Positions 50,067 to 62,778 are shown, counted from the first letter of the stretch. The stretch: DNA of 64,000 bases from Thermodesulfobacteriota bacterium (GCA_049320885.1 JBMORA010000033.1:47500-111499), one strand, 5' to 3'. The notes: generated from the letters alone by a model not told the origin. Program-made: numbers and translations.

Positions 50067-51086
50067 CTACTCCCCTTCCTCTTCATTTTCTTCCGGTGGT
50101 ACAAAACCATCAAGTTTCATCCCCAGAGAAAGGCCCATTTCGTTTAAAACTTCCTTGATTTCATTAAGTGACTTCCGGCCGAAATTTTTGGTCTTCAGCA
50201 TATCGGCTTCGGTTTTTTGAACCAACTGGTATATTTTGATGATATCCGCGTTTTTCAGGCAATTCGCACTGCGTACGGACAATTCCAGTTCATCCACATT
50301 CCGGTAGAGATTCTCGTTGAACTGCCTTGATTTGTCGTCATCCTTTTTCCGGGATTGGGTCGGCTCCATTTCCTCATCGAAATTGATGAAGATGTTCATC
50401 TGTTCCTTCAGAATCTTGGCCGCATAGGAAACGGTATCCTCCGGGAAAACGCTGCCGTCCGTCCATACTTCGAAGGTCAGTTTGTCGTAATCGGTTCGTT
50501 GGCCCACCCGGGCATTTCCCACAACATAGTTGACCCGCTTGATCGGCGCGAATACAGCGTCGATCGGAATCGTGCCAATGGGAGCATCCGGGTCCTTATG
50601 GGATTCCGCGAGCGAGTATCCTTTACCGACTTTCACGGTCATGGTCATGCGCAGTTCCGCGTTTTCGGCGAGGGTCGCGATATGTCGCTCCGGATTCAGA
50701 ATTTCCACGCGGCCATCGGGACTGATAATATCCCCGGCGGTGATCTTTTTTTCTCCCTTGGCATTGATCAGCAATGTTTTGGGTTCGGCATCGCTCACCC
50801 GCAAGCGGACTTCCTTCAGGTTCAAGATGATTTCGGATACGTCTTCCAAAACACCTTCCACGACCGAGAATTCATGCATGACGGATTCTATTTTTACGGA
50901 AACAATAGCGGCTCCGTGCAGCGAGGAAAGAATAATTCGTCTTAACGCGTTTCCGATGGTAATGCCGAATCCTCTTTCGAGTGGCTCCCAAATGAATTTC
51001 CCATAGGAAGGCGTAGAACTGACTTCCACCTTTTTGGGCTTGATCATTTCGCGCCAGTTCATGTACGTGAGTTCATTTGATGGCAT
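50067..51086 (-). CDS. rpoA: RNA polymerase alpha subunit
   Basis: [34 protein letters not shown]. Confidence 0.98.
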   Translation of the reverse strand: MPSNELTYMNWREMIKPKKVEVSSTPSYGKFIWEPLERGFGITIGNALRRIILSSLHGAAIVSVKIESVMHEFSVVEGVLEDVSEIILNLKEVRLRVSDAEPKTLLINAKGEKKITAGDIISPDGRVEILNPERHIATLAENAELRMTMTVKVGKGYSLAESHKDPDAPIGTIPIDAVFAPIKRVNYVVGNARVGQRTDYDKLTFEVWTDGSVFPEDTVSYAAKILKEQMNIFINFDEEMEPTQSRKKDDDKSRQFNENLYRNVDELELSVRSANCLKNADIIKIYQLVQKTEADMLKTKNFGRKSLNEIKEVLNEMGLSLGMKLDGFVPPEENEEEGE

Positions 51087-51195
51087 ATGCATATCTCCGT
51101 TTTCAGAGGAAATGTAACGGCATATTCAACTGTCTGTAAATCAACCGAATTCAGGCGATCGACCCCATTACCGGTTGCTTTTGCCGGGGATCATG

Positions 51196-51822
51196 TTATT
51201 TCGAGTACAATTCTACGATCAGCTGTTCCTGAATCGGTGTGGTGATGTCCTCACGCACGGGCAAGGTTTTGATCATGCCCTTCTGCTTGTCCTTGTCCAG
51301 ATCCAGCCATTGGGGAAGCCCCCGCCGGACAACGGCATTCAACGAATCGACGATGCTTTGGACGGCCCGGCTTTTTTCTCTTGTTTCAACGACATCACCC
51401 GGAACCACCTGGTAGGAAGGAATGTTGACTTTTTTTCCGTTGACCAGAAAATGATTGTGGCGAACAAAATGACGCCCCTGGGTGCGAGAATTGACGAACC
51501 CAAGACGGTAAACGACGTTATCGAGACGCCTTTCAAGGGATACCAGCAAGTTGCTTCCGGTAATGCCTTTTTGTCGATCGGCTTTTTCAAACGTCAGATG
51601 AAACTGTTTTTCCGAAAGGCCGTATATCCTTTTTACCTTTTGTTTTTCCCGTAACTGGACGCCGTAGCCGGAATATTTTCCTCTTCGCTGGCCATGCTGA
51701 CCCGGCGCATAACTTCTTCGATCAAAGGCGCATTTATCGGAATAACAGCGATCACCCTTCAAAAACAGTTTTAGATTTTCACGTCTGCACAATCTGCAGA
51801 CCGAACCGCGATAACGTGCCAA
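51196..51822 (-). CDS. rpsD: 30S ribosomal protein S4
   Basis: [31 protein letters not shown] start. Confidence 0.98.
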   Translation of the reverse strand: MARYRGSVCRLCRRENLKLFLKGDRCYSDKCAFDRRSYAPGQHGQRRGKYSGYGVQLREKQKVKRIYGLSEKQFHLTFEKADRQKGITGSNLLVSLERRLDNVVYRLGFVNSRTQGRHFVRHNHFLVNGKKVNIPSYQVVPGDVVETREKSRAVQSIVDSLNAVVRRGLPQWLDLDKDKQKGMIKTLPVREDITTPIQEQLIVELYSK

Positions 51823-51878
51823 GTTTTTCCTCCCTTAACCACTTCGGGTTAATTGTTGTTCCTTTTAATTATAATCTT

Positions 51879-52265
51879 TTACACTCTGCGTCTTTTCGGC
51901 GGTCGGCACCCGTTATGAGGAATCGGCGTAACGTCCTTGATCATGACAAGATTGAAACCCACTGCCTGAAGGGCCCGCAAGGCGGATTCCCTGCCCGCGC
52001 CAGGTCCTTTCACGTAGACTTCGACCGTCCGCATGCCGTGTTCCATCGCCTTCTTTGCAGCATCTTCAGCTGCCACCTGAGCGGCAAACGGAGTGCTTTT
52101 CCGGGAGCCTTTGAATCCTTGGACGCCGGAGCTGGACCATGAAACGACATTCCCGGTTTGATCGGTTATCGTCACGATGGTGTTGTTGAAGGTTGATTGA
52201 ATATGTACGACACCGTTGGATATATTCTTTTTGACTTTTTTCTTAACACGGGTTTTTTTTGGCAT
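51879..52265 (-). CDS. rpsK: 30S ribosomal protein S11
   Basis: [27 protein letters not shown]. Confidence 0.98.
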   Translation of the reverse strand: MPKKTRVKKKVKKNISNGVVHIQSTFNNTIVTITDQTGNVVSWSSSGVQGFKGSRKSTPFAAQVAAEDAAKKAMEHGMRTVEVYVKGPGAGRESALRALQAVGFNLVMIKDVTPIPHNGCRPPKRRRV

Positions 52266-52292
52266 TGGTTACGACCTTATCTCCTAGAAATG

Positions 52293-52673
52293 TTACTTCG
52301 TTGCCGCGCCTTTTTTCTTAACAGCGGAACGCCTTGGACCTTTTCTCGTACGGGCGTTTGTTTTCGTTCGCTGCCCTCTCACGGGAAGTGCCTTCCGATG
52401 ACGAAGGCCGCGATAGCATCCCAGATCCATAAGTCTTTTGATACTCATTGACAGATCGGTGCGGAGCTCGCCTTCCACCTTGTGTTCATTGGTGATCAGC
52501 TTCCGAATCTCATTGATTTCGGACTCGGACAAATCGTCTGTCTTGGTATTCGGATCGATATTGAGTTTCGCAAGAATGTTTTTCGACGTGCTCAGACCAA
52601 TCCCGTAGATATAGGTCAGGCCGATTTCAACCCGTTTACGCTTCGGTAAATCTACACCTGCAATTCTAGCCAA
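52293..52673 (-). CDS. rpsM: 30S ribosomal protein S13
   Basis: [25 protein letters not shown] start. Confidence 0.98.
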   Translation of the reverse strand: MARIAGVDLPKRKRVEIGLTYIYGIGLSTSKNILAKLNIDPNTKTDDLSESEINEIRKLITNEHKVEGELRTDLSMSIKRLMDLGCYRGLRHRKALPVRGQRTKTNARTRKGPRRSAVKKKGAATK

Positions 52674-52686
52674 AGCCGTTCCTCCT

Positions 52687-52800
52687 CTATCCTTGCCGCT
52701 GTTTATGGCGTTTGTTTTCGCAAATTACCCTGACCACGCCTTTACGGCGCACCACTTTGCATTTGCTGCAAATTTTTTTTACTGATGCTCTTACTTTCAT
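52687..52800 (-). CDS. rpmJ: 50S ribosomal protein L36 (Zn-binding form), below ORF-track cutoff
   Basis: [37 protein letters not shown]. Confidence 0.97.
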   Translation of the reverse strand: MKVRASVKKICSKCKVVRRKGVVRVICENKRHKQRQG

Positions 52801-52864
52801 GTACCTGCTCTCCTGAACGGAACCGATCCGGTCGATAGCCTGCCGGCCGTGTGTTCCGCTGTCC

Positions 52865-53083
52865 TTATTTCGATCGATAGGTTATTCGCCCGCGCGTCAA
52901 ATCGTACGGAGAAAGTTCAACCGTTACCGTATCTCCTGGAAGAATTTTGATGAAGTGCATCCGCATCTTTCCGGAAATATGGGCGAGAACTTGATGTTTG
53001 TTCTCGAGTTCCACCTTAAACATTGCATTCGGTAAGGTCTCTAATACCTTACCCTGCACTTTGATCGCCTCCTCCTTCGCCAT
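52865..53083 (-). CDS. infA: Translation initiation factor IF-1
   Basis: [23 protein letters not shown]. Confidence 0.98.
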   Translation of the reverse strand: MAKEEAIKVQGKVLETLPNAMFKVELENKHQVLAHISGKMRMHFIKILPGDTVTVELSPYDLTRGRITYRSK

Positions 53084-53175
53084 TCCTCAATCTCCGCCTT
53101 TCTTGAAACCGGGCTTTACTGTAATCTGCTGCAACGGAAACCCTTGGTCAAAAAATTGACCGGCCGATGATACCG

Positions 53176-54474
53176 TTATCTTCCCGACCGCGAACGAATC
53201 GTTCCCTTTTTCAGGAATCCCTCATAGTTTCTGGTAAGCATATGGGATTCCATTTGGGCCACGGTGTCAATGGCCACGCCGACGACAATCAAGAGCGCTG
53301 TTCCGCCAAAATAAAACGGTACGTTGAATTTGGTGATCAAAATGGACGGCAGCACGCAGATGGCGGATATGTAGATCGCGCCCCCCACCGTAATGCGCGT
53401 TAGTACCCTGTCGATATAATCCGCGGTTCGTTTCCCCGGCCGAATTCCCGGGATGAATCCTCCGTATTTTTTCATGTTTTCGGCAACATCATCCGGTTTA
53501 AAGGTAACCGCCGTATAAAAGAAACAGAAAAAGCAGATAAAAGCGACATACATCAGCTCGTAAACAAGGTTTCCCGGCATAATGGACGCAGCGATATCCT
53601 TGATATAGGGAATATTGATAAAATTCGCCACGGTCGCCGGAAACATCATAATGGAGGAAGCGAAAATCGGCGGAATGACACCGGCGGAATTGATTTTCAG
53701 CGGTAAATGGGTGCTTTGCCCACCGTACATCTTCCGCCCCACAACCCGTTTGGCATATTGCACCGGTATTCTTCTTTGCCCTTGTTCGACATAGATGATG
53801 ATCCCGATCACCACAACCATCAGCGCCAGAAGGATGACGACCGCGAATATACCCAATTCATTGGTGGACAACAATCGGACGGTATTCAGAATAGCCACCG
53901 GCAGACGGGCGACGATCCCGGCGAAAATAATCAGCGATATCCCGTTTCCAATGCCTCGCTCAGTGATCTGCTCACCAAGCCACATAATAAAAGCGGTCCC
54001 GGCCGTCAACGTCAACAGCGTCATCAATCGAAAGCTCCACCCGGGCTGAAGGGCGGCGCCCATTTGTTCCAGTCCCACGCTGATGCCGAATCCTTGCACG
54101 ATGCTGAGCACAACGGTGCCATAGCGGGTGTATTGAGTAATCTTCTTCCGTCCCTGCTCGCCTTCTTTTGACAGCCGCTCCAGATGCGGAATCACCACCG
54201 TCAACAATTGCAGGATAATGGAAGCGCTGATATACGGCATGATTCCCAAAGCGAACACGGACAGATTTTCCAGCGCACCTCCGGAAAACATGTTGAACAT
54301 GCCAAGAATCCCGCCCTTGTGCGCATCAAAAATTCTAGACAACGCCGCGGAATCTATACCCGGTGTCGGAACATGAACCCCGATGCGATACACCCCGAGA
54401 AGTGCGAATGTCATCAGAATTTTCGTTTTCAGTTCCGGAATTTTAAATATGTTCTGGAATCCGCCGCCGATCAT
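53176..54474 (-). CDS. secY: Preprotein translocase SecY
   Basis: [33 protein letters not shown]. Confidence 0.98.
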   Translation of the reverse strand: MIGGGFQNIFKIPELKTKILMTFALLGVYRIGVHVPTPGIDSAALSRIFDAHKGGILGMFNMFSGGALENLSVFALGIMPYISASIILQLLTVVIPHLERLSKEGEQGRKKITQYTRYGTVVLSIVQGFGISVGLEQMGAALQPGWSFRLMTLLTLTAGTAFIMWLGEQITERGIGNGISLIIFAGIVARLPVAILNTVRLLSTNELGIFAVVILLALMVVVIGIIIYVEQGQRRIPVQYAKRVVGRKMYGGQSTHLPLKINSAGVIPPIFASSIMMFPATVANFINIPYIKDIAASIMPGNLVYELMYVAFICFFCFFYTAVTFKPDDVAENMKKYGGFIPGIRPGKRTADYIDRVLTRITVGGAIYISAICVLPSILITKFNVPFYFGGTALLIVVGVAIDTVAQMESHMLTRNYEGFLKKGTIRSRSGR

Positions 54475-54476
54475 AA

Positions 54477-54917
54477 CTATATCACCTCGACTTTCCCTCC
54501 GACCGCCAAGACTTTTTCCTGGGCGGAACGGCTGGCCTTGTGTACTTTTATCGTCAGCGCCTGATGAATTTCACCGTGCCCCAAAAGCTTGATTCCAATG
54601 CGTCTTCCCTTGACGATCCCTTCCCGGACAAGCGCGGCTTCATCCACGGTGCTGTCTTTTTCGAATCGCTTCAAATCTGTCAGGTTAATGACGGCATATT
54701 CCTTTTTGAAGATATTGGTGAAACCGCGTTTCGGCAGGCGCCGCTGAATGGGCATCTGCCCGCCTTCAAAACCTGGCCGGAGATTGCCGCCCGAACGTTG
54801 TTTATGACCTTTATTCCCTCGACCGGCGGTTTTACCGTTTCCCGAACCGACACCCCTTCCAAGGCGCTTCCGGGCCTTGGTGGATTTCGGAGCCGGTGAC
54901 AATTCATTTAGCTTCAT
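54477..54917 (-). CDS. rplO: 50S ribosomal protein L15
   Basis: [25 protein letters not shown] at 54917. Confidence 0.97.
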   Translation of the reverse strand: MKLNELSPAPKSTKARKRLGRGVGSGNGKTAGRGNKGHKQRSGGNLRPGFEGGQMPIQRRLPKRGFTNIFKKEYAVINLTDLKRFEKDSTVDEAALVREGIVKGRRIGIKLLGHGEIHQALTIKVHKASRSAQEKVLAVGGKVEVI

Positions 54918-54918
54918 C

Positions 54919-55101
54919 CTACTTTTCCTCCACCTTGACGAGATGCGACACTTTCCTGACCATGCCCCTATTGGCCGGCGTATCCTGGAATTCAATGCTT
55001 TTATTGATCTTCGTCAGCCCCATGCCTTTCAGGACTTTAATATGCTTCTCGGGCCGACCGCTGATGCTTCTGATTAACGTCACTTTCAGTATTGAAGACA
55101 T
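54919..55101 (-). CDS. rpmD: 50S ribosomal protein L30
   Basis: KVTLIRSISG, DTPANRGM; operon position. Confidence 0.95.
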   Translation of the reverse strand: MSSILKVTLIRSISGRPEKHIKVLKGMGLTKINKSIEFQDTPANRGMVRKVSHLVKVEEK

Positions 55102-55115
55102 TGCACTATTTCCCT

Positions 55116-55613
55116 TCACGACAGATCCTGCTCATTGATCCCGCGTCTGGCAGCCACCTGAGCCCTGCTCTGAAGTTTGCTGAGTCCGGCGATCGTCGCT
55201 TTCACCACATTATGGGGGTTGCTGGTTCCCATACATTTGGTAAGGATGTTCTGTATCCCCGCCGCTTCCAGCACCGCCCGGACAGCTCCTCCTGCAATGA
55301 CCCCAGTGCCGGGACTGGCGGGTTTCAGCAAAACCCTGCCTGCACCGAATTTTCCGATGATTTCATATGGAATCGTTCCATTGATCACCGGAATGCTGAC
55401 CATTTCTTTCTTGGCGTTTTCAACGCCTTTCCGGATGGCTTCCGGCACTTCACCGGCTTTACCAAGTCCGTATCCGACACGGCCTTCGCCGTCGCCCACG
55501 ACCACAATGGCGCTGAAGCTGAATCTTCTGCCGCCTTTCACAACCTTGGCAACCCGGTTGATATAGACAACCTTGTCGATCAATTGGCTTTCATCTTTTT
55601 CCTGTTTGAACAA
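55116..55613 (-). CDS. rpsE: 30S ribosomal protein S5
   Basis: [25 protein letters not shown] start. Confidence 0.98.
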   Translation of the reverse strand: MFKQEKDESQLIDKVVYINRVAKVVKGGRRFSFSAIVVVGDGEGRVGYGLGKAGEVPEAIRKGVENAKKEMVSIPVINGTIPYEIIGKFGAGRVLLKPASPGTGVIAGGAVRAVLEAAGIQNILTKCMGTSNPHNVVKATIAGLSKLQSRAQVAARRGINEQDLS

Positions 55614-55647
55614 GGGCCTTCCTCCTTACTTATCGCCATTCCGGCCG

Positions 55648-56016
55648 TTAAAACACCAGCCCGCCTTCACGAGCGCCATCCGATACGGCTTTCACCCGGC
55701 CATGGTACAAATATCCGTTTCTGTCAAAAACAACCGAGCTGATTCCCTTCTCTTTCGCTCGCTCGGCGATCATCTTCCCGATATAGCTGGCGGCGCCGGT
55801 TTTATTCTCGAAAGTCTGCCCGGAAACAAGTTTTTTTTCGCAGGTCGAAGCAGCGGCAAGGGTATGCCCCGCCACATCATCGATAAGCTGCGCATACATG
55901 TGCCGGGAGCTTCGGAAAACACATAAGCGGGGGCGTTCCGCCGTTCCGGTGATTTTCCTTCTCACTCGTTGCTGTTTTTTTAATCTCGTCAGTCGTCTTT
56001 TTATTGCTGCGTCCAT
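55648..56016 (-). CDS. rplR: 50S ribosomal protein L18
   Basis: [22 protein letters not shown]. Confidence 0.97.
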   Translation of the reverse strand: MDAAIKRRLTRLKKQQRVRRKITGTAERPRLCVFRSSRHMYAQLIDDVAGHTLAAASTCEKKLVSGQTFENKTGAASYIGKMIAERAKEKGISSVVFDRNGYLYHGRVKAVSDGAREGGLVF

Positions 56017-56078
56017 ATTTCGTATCCTTGCTTAAACTTTGAATTCACCGTCCAAGTCGCCCGATAGAAATCGCCCTG

Positions 56079-56615
56079 CTACTTGGTGCCGGTCTTACCG
56101 GCCTTCCGCTGAATATGTTCTTCGGCGTATTTGACACCTTTACCCTTATACGGCTCCGGTGGCCTCAGCTCTCTGATAACGGCGGCCGTCCTGCCGAGAA
56201 GCTCCTTGTCGATACCTGACAGCTTGATGATAGACCGATCGATCGCCGCGGTGATACCTTCCGGCAACGGAAACACGATGGGGTGTGAGTATCCAAGATT
56301 GAACTGGATATTCTTCCCCTGCAACTCGGCACGGTACCCGATCCCGTTGATTTCCAATTTCTTTTCAAATCCCTGACTGACACCGGTAATGATATTGGCC
56401 ACCAGGGAACGCGTCAACCCTTGAAGCGCTTTGTTCTTGCGGCTTTCCACACCCATCACGACTTCAATCACCTGATTTTCGATTTTCAAATCGACAGCCG
56501 GGTGAATGTGCAGCGTCAATTTCCCTTTTTCACCTTGGACCGTTATCACACGATCCTTGTAAGTGACTTTCGTTTTATCCGGTATGGTGACCGGCTTTTT
56601 GCCTACTCGAGACAT
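56079..56615 (-). CDS. rplF: 50S ribosomal protein L6
   Basis: MSRVGKKP, PEPYKGKG; ATG at 56615. Confidence 0.97.
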   Translation of the reverse strand: MSRVGKKPVTIPDKTKVTYKDRVITVQGEKGKLTLHIHPAVDLKIENQVIEVVMGVESRKNKALQGLTRSLVANIITGVSQGFEKKLEINGIGYRAELQGKNIQFNLGYSHPIVFPLPEGITAAIDRSIIKLSGIDKELLGRTAAVIRELRPPEPYKGKGVKYAEEHIQRKAGKTGTK

Positions 56616-56652
56616 TGCTTGCTCCTCATTCTTACAGGCCGGGATGTCATGA

Positions 56653-57051
56653 CTACCAGATCTGGCAGAGAACCTCTCCGCCGACATTGGCCTCGCGCGC
56701 CTGCTTATCGGTCATTACACCTTTGGACGTGGACAAAATCGCGGTTCCAATTCCGTTCAATACAGGCTTGATTTCCTTGGCACCGACATAATAACGGATG
56801 CTCGGCTTGCTAACCCGCTTCAACCCGCAGATGGTATGCTCGTTCTGGCCGTCGTATTTCAGGTATACTTTTAACACACCCTGCTTGTTGTCCTTAACGA
56901 ATTTGTAATTCTTGATATATCCTTGCTCTTTCATCAGCCGTGCAATCTCGACGGCGATTTTCGAACCGGGTATATCGACGCTGCTGAATTTCGCCTTTCC
57001 GGCATTGCGTATCCGGGTCAGCATGTCCGCAATTGGATCGCTAATCGACAT
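56653..57051 (-). CDS. rpsH: 30S ribosomal protein S8
   Basis: DPIADMLTRIRN, STSKG, GGEV. Confidence 0.98.
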   Translation of the reverse strand: MSISDPIADMLTRIRNAGKAKFSSVDIPGSKIAVEIARLMKEQGYIKNYKFVKDNKQGVLKVYLKYDGQNEHTICGLKRVSKPSIRYYVGAKEIKPVLNGIGTAILSTSKGVMTDKQAREANVGGEVLCQIW

Positions 57052-57124
57052 GTTTCTCTCCGTTTGACATTATTTCCTTCAACTCATTTCAACCGTTTAT
57101 ATAGCGAGTGGCATCGACTGCTCT

Positions 57125-57310
57125 CTACCAGCTCGACTTGATTACTCCCGGGAGCCTGCCGGCGGAAGCCAGGTTTCGAAAACAAATACGGCAAATTCCG
57201 AATTTTCTCATGTAGGCCCGCGAACGCCCGCACATGGGGCATCTGTTATACGCACGCACGTTAAATTTCGGTTTTTGCGAAGCCTTGATTTTAAGCGATA
57301 GTTTAGCCAA
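57125..57310 (-). CDS. rpsN: 30S ribosomal protein S14 type Z
   Basis: 61 aa from TTG at 57310; RCPMCGR...CRIC. Confidence 0.96.
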   Translation of the reverse strand: MAKLSLKIKASQKPKFNVRAYNRCPMCGRSRAYMRKFGICRICFRNLASAGRLPGVIKSSW

Positions 57311-57361
57311 CTTCTTCCTCCTTGCGAACATTCCCGGTCTTTATCGATTCCTAATCCGCCG

Positions 57362-57901
57362 TTAGTTGCGGAATGGCATCCCCATCTGTTTCAGTAGTTC
57401 TTTGCCTTCCGCATCGGACTTGGCAGTAGTAACGATGGTAATATTAAGGCCCTTTATTTTATCAATCTTATCATATTCGATCTCGGGAAATATGATATGC
57501 TCATTGACACCGAGAGAGTAATTGCCGTTTCCGTCGAAGGCTTTTCCGGAAACCCCTTTGAAATCCCTTACACGGGGAAGGGCGATGTTCATCAGCCGGT
57601 TCAAAAAATCGTACATACGCTTTTTGCGCAGCGTGACCATGCAGCCTACCGGCATGCCTTCTCTCAACTTGAAAGCCGCTATGGATTTCTTCGCCCGACG
57701 GACGACCGGTTTTTGCCCCGATATAAGCTTGATTTCCTCGGCGGCTGAATCCATGATTTTAATATTATGAATCGCCTCCCCCAGCCCCATATTCAAGACG
57801 ATTTTTTCCAGTTTCGGGACCTGCATTATATTCTTATATCCAAAGGTCTTCATCAGACTAGGGACAACCGTTTCTTCATAATACGTTTTAAGCTGTGACA
57901 T
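57362..57901 (-). CDS. rplE: 50S ribosomal protein L5
   Basis: [23 protein letters not shown]. Confidence 0.98.
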   Translation of the reverse strand: MSQLKTYYEETVVPSLMKTFGYKNIMQVPKLEKIVLNMGLGEAIHNIKIMDSAAEEIKLISGQKPVVRRAKKSIAAFKLREGMPVGCMVTLRKKRMYDFLNRLMNIALPRVRDFKGVSGKAFDGNGNYSLGVNEHIIFPEIEYDKIDKIKGLNITIVTTAKSDAEGKELLKQMGMPFRN

Positions 57902-57998
57902 ATGTTCCTCCGGAGCGCGATCCTGATTGCACCTGGCAACCGGACAGATCCGATTTATGCTTTATTTCCCACAGGGATTGTCGGATTCAAGCATCAAT

Positions 57999-58328
57999 TT
58001 AAGCATCAATGATTTCATTGCATTTTCTGCACTTACGAACCTTTTTACCATCATCCAATATCTGGAACTTGATCCGTGTCGGCTTGACACATTTGTTGCA
58101 CATCACCAGAACATTGGACCATTGAATCGGCGCTTCCATCTCGAGTATTCCCCCTTGGCGGTTGCGCATGTCCGGTTTTGCATGTTTCTTGACCATGTTG
58201 ATATTTTCAACCAGCAGCCGGTTCTTTTTCCGGTTGACTTTCAACACCTTGCCGATCTTCCCGCTGTCTTTGCCGGCGATAATCTTTACTTTGTCATTTT
58301 TTCGGATGTGACATTTATCTTTTATCAT
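57999..58328 (-). CDS. rplX: 50S ribosomal protein L24
   Basis: IIAGKDSGKIG, EAPIQWSNV. Confidence 0.96.
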   Translation of the reverse strand: MIKDKCHIRKNDKVKIIAGKDSGKIGKVLKVNRKKNRLLVENINMVKKHAKPDMRNRQGGILEMEAPIQWSNVLVMCNKCVKPTRIKFQILDDGKKVRKCRKCNEIIDA

Positions 58329-58356
58329 CTGCCAATTCTCCCCAGACCCTTGAATG

Positions 58357-58725
58357 CTATAAAACTTCCGGGGCCAGCGAAATAATTTTCATGTATTTCT
58401 TGGCGCGCAATTCGCGTGCAACCGGTCCGAAAATGCGGGTTCCGATCGGTTCCATACTCGCATTCAGCAACACCGCCGAGTTGTCGTCAAACCGGATGAA
58501 AGTTCCATCGTTGCGGCGAAGCTCCTTTTTGGTTCGAACAACCACTGCTTTCAAGACCTCGCCTTTTTTGACTTTGGCATTTGGAATCGCTTCCTTTACG
58601 GACACGACGATGACATCGCCTACCCTGGCGTAGCGTCTCCGTGATCCGCCCAGCACCTTGATACAATAGACTTCCTTGGCACCCGAGTTATCTGCAACCG
58701 TTAATCTTGTCTCTGCCTGGATCAT
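58357..58725 (-). CDS. rplN: 50S ribosomal protein L14
   Basis: [23 protein letters not shown]. Confidence 0.98.
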   Translation of the reverse strand: MIQAETRLTVADNSGAKEVYCIKVLGGSRRRYARVGDVIVVSVKEAIPNAKVKKGEVLKAVVVRTKKELRRNDGTFIRFDDNSAVLLNASMEPIGTRIFGPVARELRAKKYMKIISLAPEVL

Positions 58726-58737
58726 TTTATCGGTTCC

Positions 58738-59001
58738 TTATATTGAAACAGCTTTTTCCACAATTTTACTGACACGCCAACGTTTCGTCTTGCTCAACGG
58801 TCTCGATTCCGTGATCAGAACTTTGTCGCCGATACGGCAATTATTGGTTTCATCATGGGCCGCGAACGTGTTGCGCCTGTAGATATATTTTTTATACATC
58901 CGATGCTTAACCTGTCTCTGTACTTCGACTACAACGGTTTTGTCCATTTTGTCGCTGACAACCGTTCCGATCACTTGTCTTTTGGTTTCACGTTTTTTCA
59001 T
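58738..59001 (-). CDS. rpsQ: 30S ribosomal protein S17
   Basis: VVSDKMDKT, RPLSKTKRW. Confidence 0.97.
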   Translation of the reverse strand: MKKRETKRQVIGTVVSDKMDKTVVVEVQRQVKHRMYKKYIYRRNTFAAHDETNNCRIGDKVLITESRPLSKTKRWRVSKIVEKAVSI

Positions 59002-59024
59002 GGCGGTTATGCTATTTCTTCTCG

Positions 59025-59219
59025 TTACTTTTTGGTTGTGGTTTCTCGAATAACCGTTTCCAGTCTGGCGATATCACGACGTGTCTTTTTCAACATGCTC
59101 AGGTTTTCAAGCTGTCCCGTGCCGTGCTGGAAACGCAAATTGAACAAACTTTCTCGCAACGTCCCCAGTTGCTGCTTCATTTCATCGAGTCCCAATTCCC
59201 TGATCTTGCCTGCTTTCAT
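59025..59219 (-). CDS. rpmC: 50S ribosomal protein L29
   Basis: LFNLRFQ, RRDIAR. Confidence 0.96.
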   Translation of the reverse strand: MKAGKIRELGLDEMKQQLGTLRESLFNLRFQHGTGQLENLSMLKKTRRDIARLETVIRETTTKK

Positions 59220-59632
59220 TTGACTTCGCTCCTCTCAACAAATTTCGTCTTAACGGGAAGCTTATGTGCAGCAAGCCGAAACGCTTCTTTGGCGAGCTCG
59301 CGTGAGACCCCTTCCATTTCATATATGATTTTCCCCGGCCGGACTACCACACCCCAACCTTCCGTGGGCCCCTTACCTTTCCCCATCCGCACTTCAGCGG
59401 GTTTTTTCGTAAAAGGTTTGTCCGGAAAAATCTTGATCCACATTTTCCCGCCTCTTTTTACATGCCGGGTCATTGCGATACGGGCGGCCTCAATCTGCTT
59501 GGCCGTAATCATTCCACACTCTGTGCACTGCAGCCCGAACTCACCAAAATCCAGATTGGATCCACGGTATGCCATGCCTTTCATGCGGCCTCGTTGCTGC
59601 TTTCGGAATTTAACTTTCTTTGGACTCAGCAT
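59216..59632 (-). CDS. rplP: 50S ribosomal protein L16
   Basis: RMGKGKG, AAHKLP. Confidence 0.98.
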   Translation of the reverse strand: MLSPKKVKFRKQQRGRMKGMAYRGSNLDFGEFGLQCTECGMITAKQIEAARIAMTRHVKRGGKMWIKIFPDKPFTKKPAEVRMGKGKGPTEGWGVVVRPGKIIYEMEGVSRELAKEAFRLAAHKLPVKTKFVERSEVK

Positions 59633-59651
59633 GTCCTAATCTCCTGTAACC

Positions 59652-60314
59652 TTATTCACCGGATTCAACGGATCCTTCCATGAGATCCTTTTTGAGAATT
59701 TCACCTTTAAAAATAAAGACCTTCACGCCAATGACACCATAAGTTGTTCTGGCCTCGGTGGTACCGTAATCGATATCCGCCCGTAAGGTGTGCAGTGGTA
59801 CGCGGCCTTCCCGATACCATTCCGTCCTAGCCATTTCGGCGCCGCCCAACCTCCCAGAGCAGATGATTTTTACCCCCTGAGCGCCGAAACGCATGGCGGA
59901 AGTCACGCCTCTCTTCATCGCCCTGCGGAAGGCGATTCTTCTTTCAAGCTGACTGGCCACGTTTTCCGCAACCAGCTGGGCATCGATTTCCGGTTTGCGG
60001 ACCTCCTGGATATCAATAAAAATTTCCTGCGAAGTCAGCTTACTCAAATCTTTTTTCAGAACTTCGATCTCAGCGCCCTTTTTGCCGATAACAATTCCGG
60101 GTCGGGCGGTAAAAACACGCAATCGCACGTGTTTGGACGACCGTTCGATTTCGATTCTGGAGATCCCTGCATGAAACAACTTCTTCTTGACAAATTTCCT
60201 GATTTTATCGTCTTCCAGAATGAAATCAGCATAATTCTTGTCGGCGTACCACCGGGATTCCCAGGTTTTCACGATGCCGACTCTAATCCCGACCGGATTT
60301 ACTTTCTGACCCAA
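59652..60314 (-). CDS. rpsC: 30S ribosomal protein S3
   Basis: [29 protein letters not shown] start. Confidence 0.98.
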   Translation of the reverse strand: MGQKVNPVGIRVGIVKTWESRWYADKNYADFILEDDKIRKFVKKKLFHAGISRIEIERSSKHVRLRVFTARPGIVIGKKGAEIEVLKKDLSKLTSQEIFIDIQEVRKPEIDAQLVAENVASQLERRIAFRRAMKRGVTSAMRFGAQGVKIICSGRLGGAEMARTEWYREGRVPLHTLRADIDYGTTEARTTYGVIGVKVFIFKGEILKKDLMEGSVESGE

Positions 60315-60329
60315 GGTACTTCCTCCTTT

Positions 60330-60668
60330 TTATTCGGCTTCTTCGGCGACAACGACGGTTATATGGCTGGTTCTTTTCAGGATCCTCGCCCCTCTGCCCC
60401 GCGCCCGAGCACGAAAGCGCTTAAGCGCCGGACCTTGATCCACGAATATGTTCCGAACAACCAGCGTATCGACATCCAGATTATTGTTGTGATCCGCATT
60501 GGCGATGGCCGAACGCAGGACCTTCTCAACCAGTTTCGCGGATTTTTGCGGCATGAATTTCAGATGGCTCAACGCCGCCTGCACTGGTTTACCTTTGAGG
60601 TCGCCGATAATCATGCGAACCTTCTGCGGAGTAGTGCGAACGTATTTTGCGACAGCTTTTGTTTCCAT
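60330..60668 (-). CDS. rplV: 50S ribosomal protein L22
   Basis: SAIANA, RARGR, TSHITV. Confidence 0.97.
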   Translation of the reverse strand: METKAVAKYVRTTPQKVRMIIGDLKGKPVQAALSHLKFMPQKSAKLVEKVLRSAIANADHNNNLDVDTLVVRNIFVDQGPALKRFRARARGRGARILKRTSHITVVVAEEAE

Positions 60669-60693
60669 TTTCAGTCATTCCCCTTGAATAGTA

Positions 60694-60972
60694 TCACTTA
60701 CCCTTCGTTTTCTTATCGCCGGCATGACCGTGGAATGTTCTCGTCGGGGAAAATTCCCCCAGCTTGTGTCCAACCATGTTTTCCGTTACAAAAACAGGCA
60801 TAAACTTTTTACCGTTATGCACCGCCAATGTCAGACCAACCATTTCCGGTATGATCGTCGACCGACGCGACCAGGTTTTGATCACCTGATGGCTTCTGCT
60901 TTGCTGGGCAGCCGTAACCTTTTTAACCAATTTGGTCTCGACAAAGGGACCTTTCTTCAATGACCTTGGCAT
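60694..60972 (-). CDS. rpsS: 30S ribosomal protein S19
   Basis: [15 protein letters not shown]. Confidence 0.98.
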   Translation of the reverse strand: MPRSLKKGPFVETKLVKKVTAAQQSRSHQVIKTWSRRSTIIPEMVGLTLAVHNGKKFMPVFVTENMVGHKLGEFSPTRTFHGHAGDKKTKGK

Positions 60973-61025
60973 CTTTTCTCCTGTATTTTCGCTCGTCCGG
61001 CTTCAATGACGAACGGATAATACGT

Positions 61026-61853
61026 TTATTTCTTCGTCCGCCGTTTTACGATGAAACGGTCTGTCGTTTTATTCTTGCGGGTACGATATCCTTTGGTCGG
61101 CATACCCCATGGCGAACATGGATGTCGACCGCCGGACGATCTTCCCTCTCCGCCGCCCATGGGATGATCCACCGGGTTCATGGCCACACCTCGCACACTG
61201 GGCCTTTTGCCAAGCCATCGGTTTCTTCCGGCCTTTCCCAGCGAGATGTTCTCATGAATGACATTCCCCACTTGTCCGATGGTCGCCATGCATTTCATCA
61301 GCACTTTGCGCACTTCACCGGAAGGCAATTTCACCAGGGCCCAAGGTGCTTCCTTGGCCATCAATTGAGCAAAACCACCGGCGCTCCGGACAATCTGTCC
61401 ACCTTTCCCGAGTCTGAGTTCAATGTTGTGAATCTGGGTTCCAAGTGGAATGTTGCTCAACGGCAAAGCATTCCCTGGCTTAATATCAGCGGCGGGGCCG
61501 GACATCACCTTATCCCCCACTTTCAGATTCACGGGCGCCAGGATGTACCGTTTCTCTCCATCGGCGTAATTCAGCAGAGCGATTCGCGCGCTTCGGTTTG
61601 GATCATATTCCAGCGTGCTCACCGTAGCCGGGATTCCCTCTTTGTCCCTTTTGAAATCAATCACGCGATAATGCCGTCGATGCCCGCCACCCCGGTGCCG
61701 GGCGGTAATACGGCCGTAAAAGTTCCGGCCACCCGATTTTTTCAGTGGTAGCAACAGGCTTTTTTCCGGCTGGGTCTTGGACAGATCCTCAAAAGTATCG
61801 TATTCCTGGGAACGCCGGCCGGAAGATGTCGGTTTTACTTTCTTAACTGCCAT
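61026..61853 (-). CDS. rplB: 50S ribosomal protein L2
   Basis: [27 protein letters not shown]. Confidence 0.98.
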   Translation of the reverse strand: MAVKKVKPTSSGRRSQEYDTFEDLSKTQPEKSLLLPLKKSGGRNFYGRITARHRGGGHRRHYRVIDFKRDKEGIPATVSTLEYDPNRSARIALLNYADGEKRYILAPVNLKVGDKVMSGPAADIKPGNALPLSNIPLGTQIHNIELRLGKGGQIVRSAGGFAQLMAKEAPWALVKLPSGEVRKVLMKCMATIGQVGNVIHENISLGKAGRNRWLGKRPSVRGVAMNPVDHPMGGGEGRSSGGRHPCSPWGMPTKGYRTRKNKTTDRFIVKRRTKK

Positions 61854-61870
61854 ATCTGCTCCTAAACGCT

Positions 61871-62158
61871 TTATACGCCTTCAAAAAAATCAATCCGCTC
61901 ACCGGGCTTCAGCGTTACAACCGCTTTTTTCCAGTCCCGTTTTTTGCCGATGGTTTTTCCCCGTCGCTTGATCTTGCCCAATACATGCATCGTTTTGACC
62001 GCGGCAACCTTCACCTTGAAAATCTCTTCGACTGCTTTTTCAATTTCAATTCGATTGGCCCGCGAGTCCACCTCGAAGGTCACCTGGTTGAAGGCTTCCC
62101 TCTGAATATTTGTTTTTTCCGTATTGACCGGTCGTTTTAAAATTCCGTATGAATTCAT
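61871..62158 (-). CDS. rplW: 50S ribosomal protein L23
   Basis: [11 protein letters not shown]. Confidence 0.97.
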   Translation of the reverse strand: MNSYGILKRPVNTEKTNIQREAFNQVTFEVDSRANRIEIEKAVEEIFKVKVAAVKTMHVLGKIKRRGKTIGKKRDWKKAVVTLKPGERIDFFEGV

Positions 62159-62778
62159 CCGACTAGCCTCCCTTCAATGGCTTTGACAGCGGATTCGGAT
62201 AAAACCAAGTTGCTGTATTTCAGAATGTCGTATACATTCAATCCCTGGCTGCGAAGCACTTTGATCCCGGGAATATTTCTGGCGGAGAGCTCCAGATTCC
62301 GGTTTTCCGCTTCGGTGACGATGAGGGCATGTTCGATTTTCAAGGCCTGGGCCATTTCAGCGACCTTCTTGGTTTTGATCTCGTTCATGGTCAGATCGTC
62401 AATCACCATGAGCTCGCTTTCGGAAAACTTGCTGCTCAAGGCCATTTTTATCGCCATTTTTTTCTTTTTCTTTGGAATTCGGTATTCATAATCTCTTGGA
62501 TTGGGTCCGAATACAACACCCCCGCCACGCATGAGTGGTGATTTGATATCGCCGCGACGCGCCCTTCCGGTGCCCTTTTGACGATACAGTTTCCGGGTGC
62601 TTCCACTGACATCGGATCGCCGCTTTACCGAGCTTGTGCCGGCACGCCGCTTGGCCAGCTGCATGACCACGATTTCGTGCAACACTTCGGGCTTGACGGG
62701 TACATTGAAAATGCTATCGGGCAGGTCAATCTGCGAAACCTTCTCCCCTTTTTGATTCTGAACATCTATGATGGCCAT
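62155..62778 (-). CDS. rplD: 50S ribosomal protein L4
   Basis: [19 protein letters not shown]. Confidence 0.98.
   Translation of the reverse strand: MAIIDVQNQKGEKVSQIDLPDSIFNVPVKPEVLHEIVVMQLAKRRAGTSSVKRRSDVSGSTRKLYRQKGTGRARRGDIKSPLMRGGGVVFGPNPRDYEYRIPKKKKKMAIKMALSSKFSESELMVIDDLTMNEIKTKKVAEMAQALKIEHALIVTEAENRNLELSARNIPGIKVLRSQGLNVYDILKYSNLVLSESAVKAIEGRLVG

Noticed and set aside
53084..53175. Absence of adk and map between secY and infA
   Set aside because: Common variation in spc-alpha operon content
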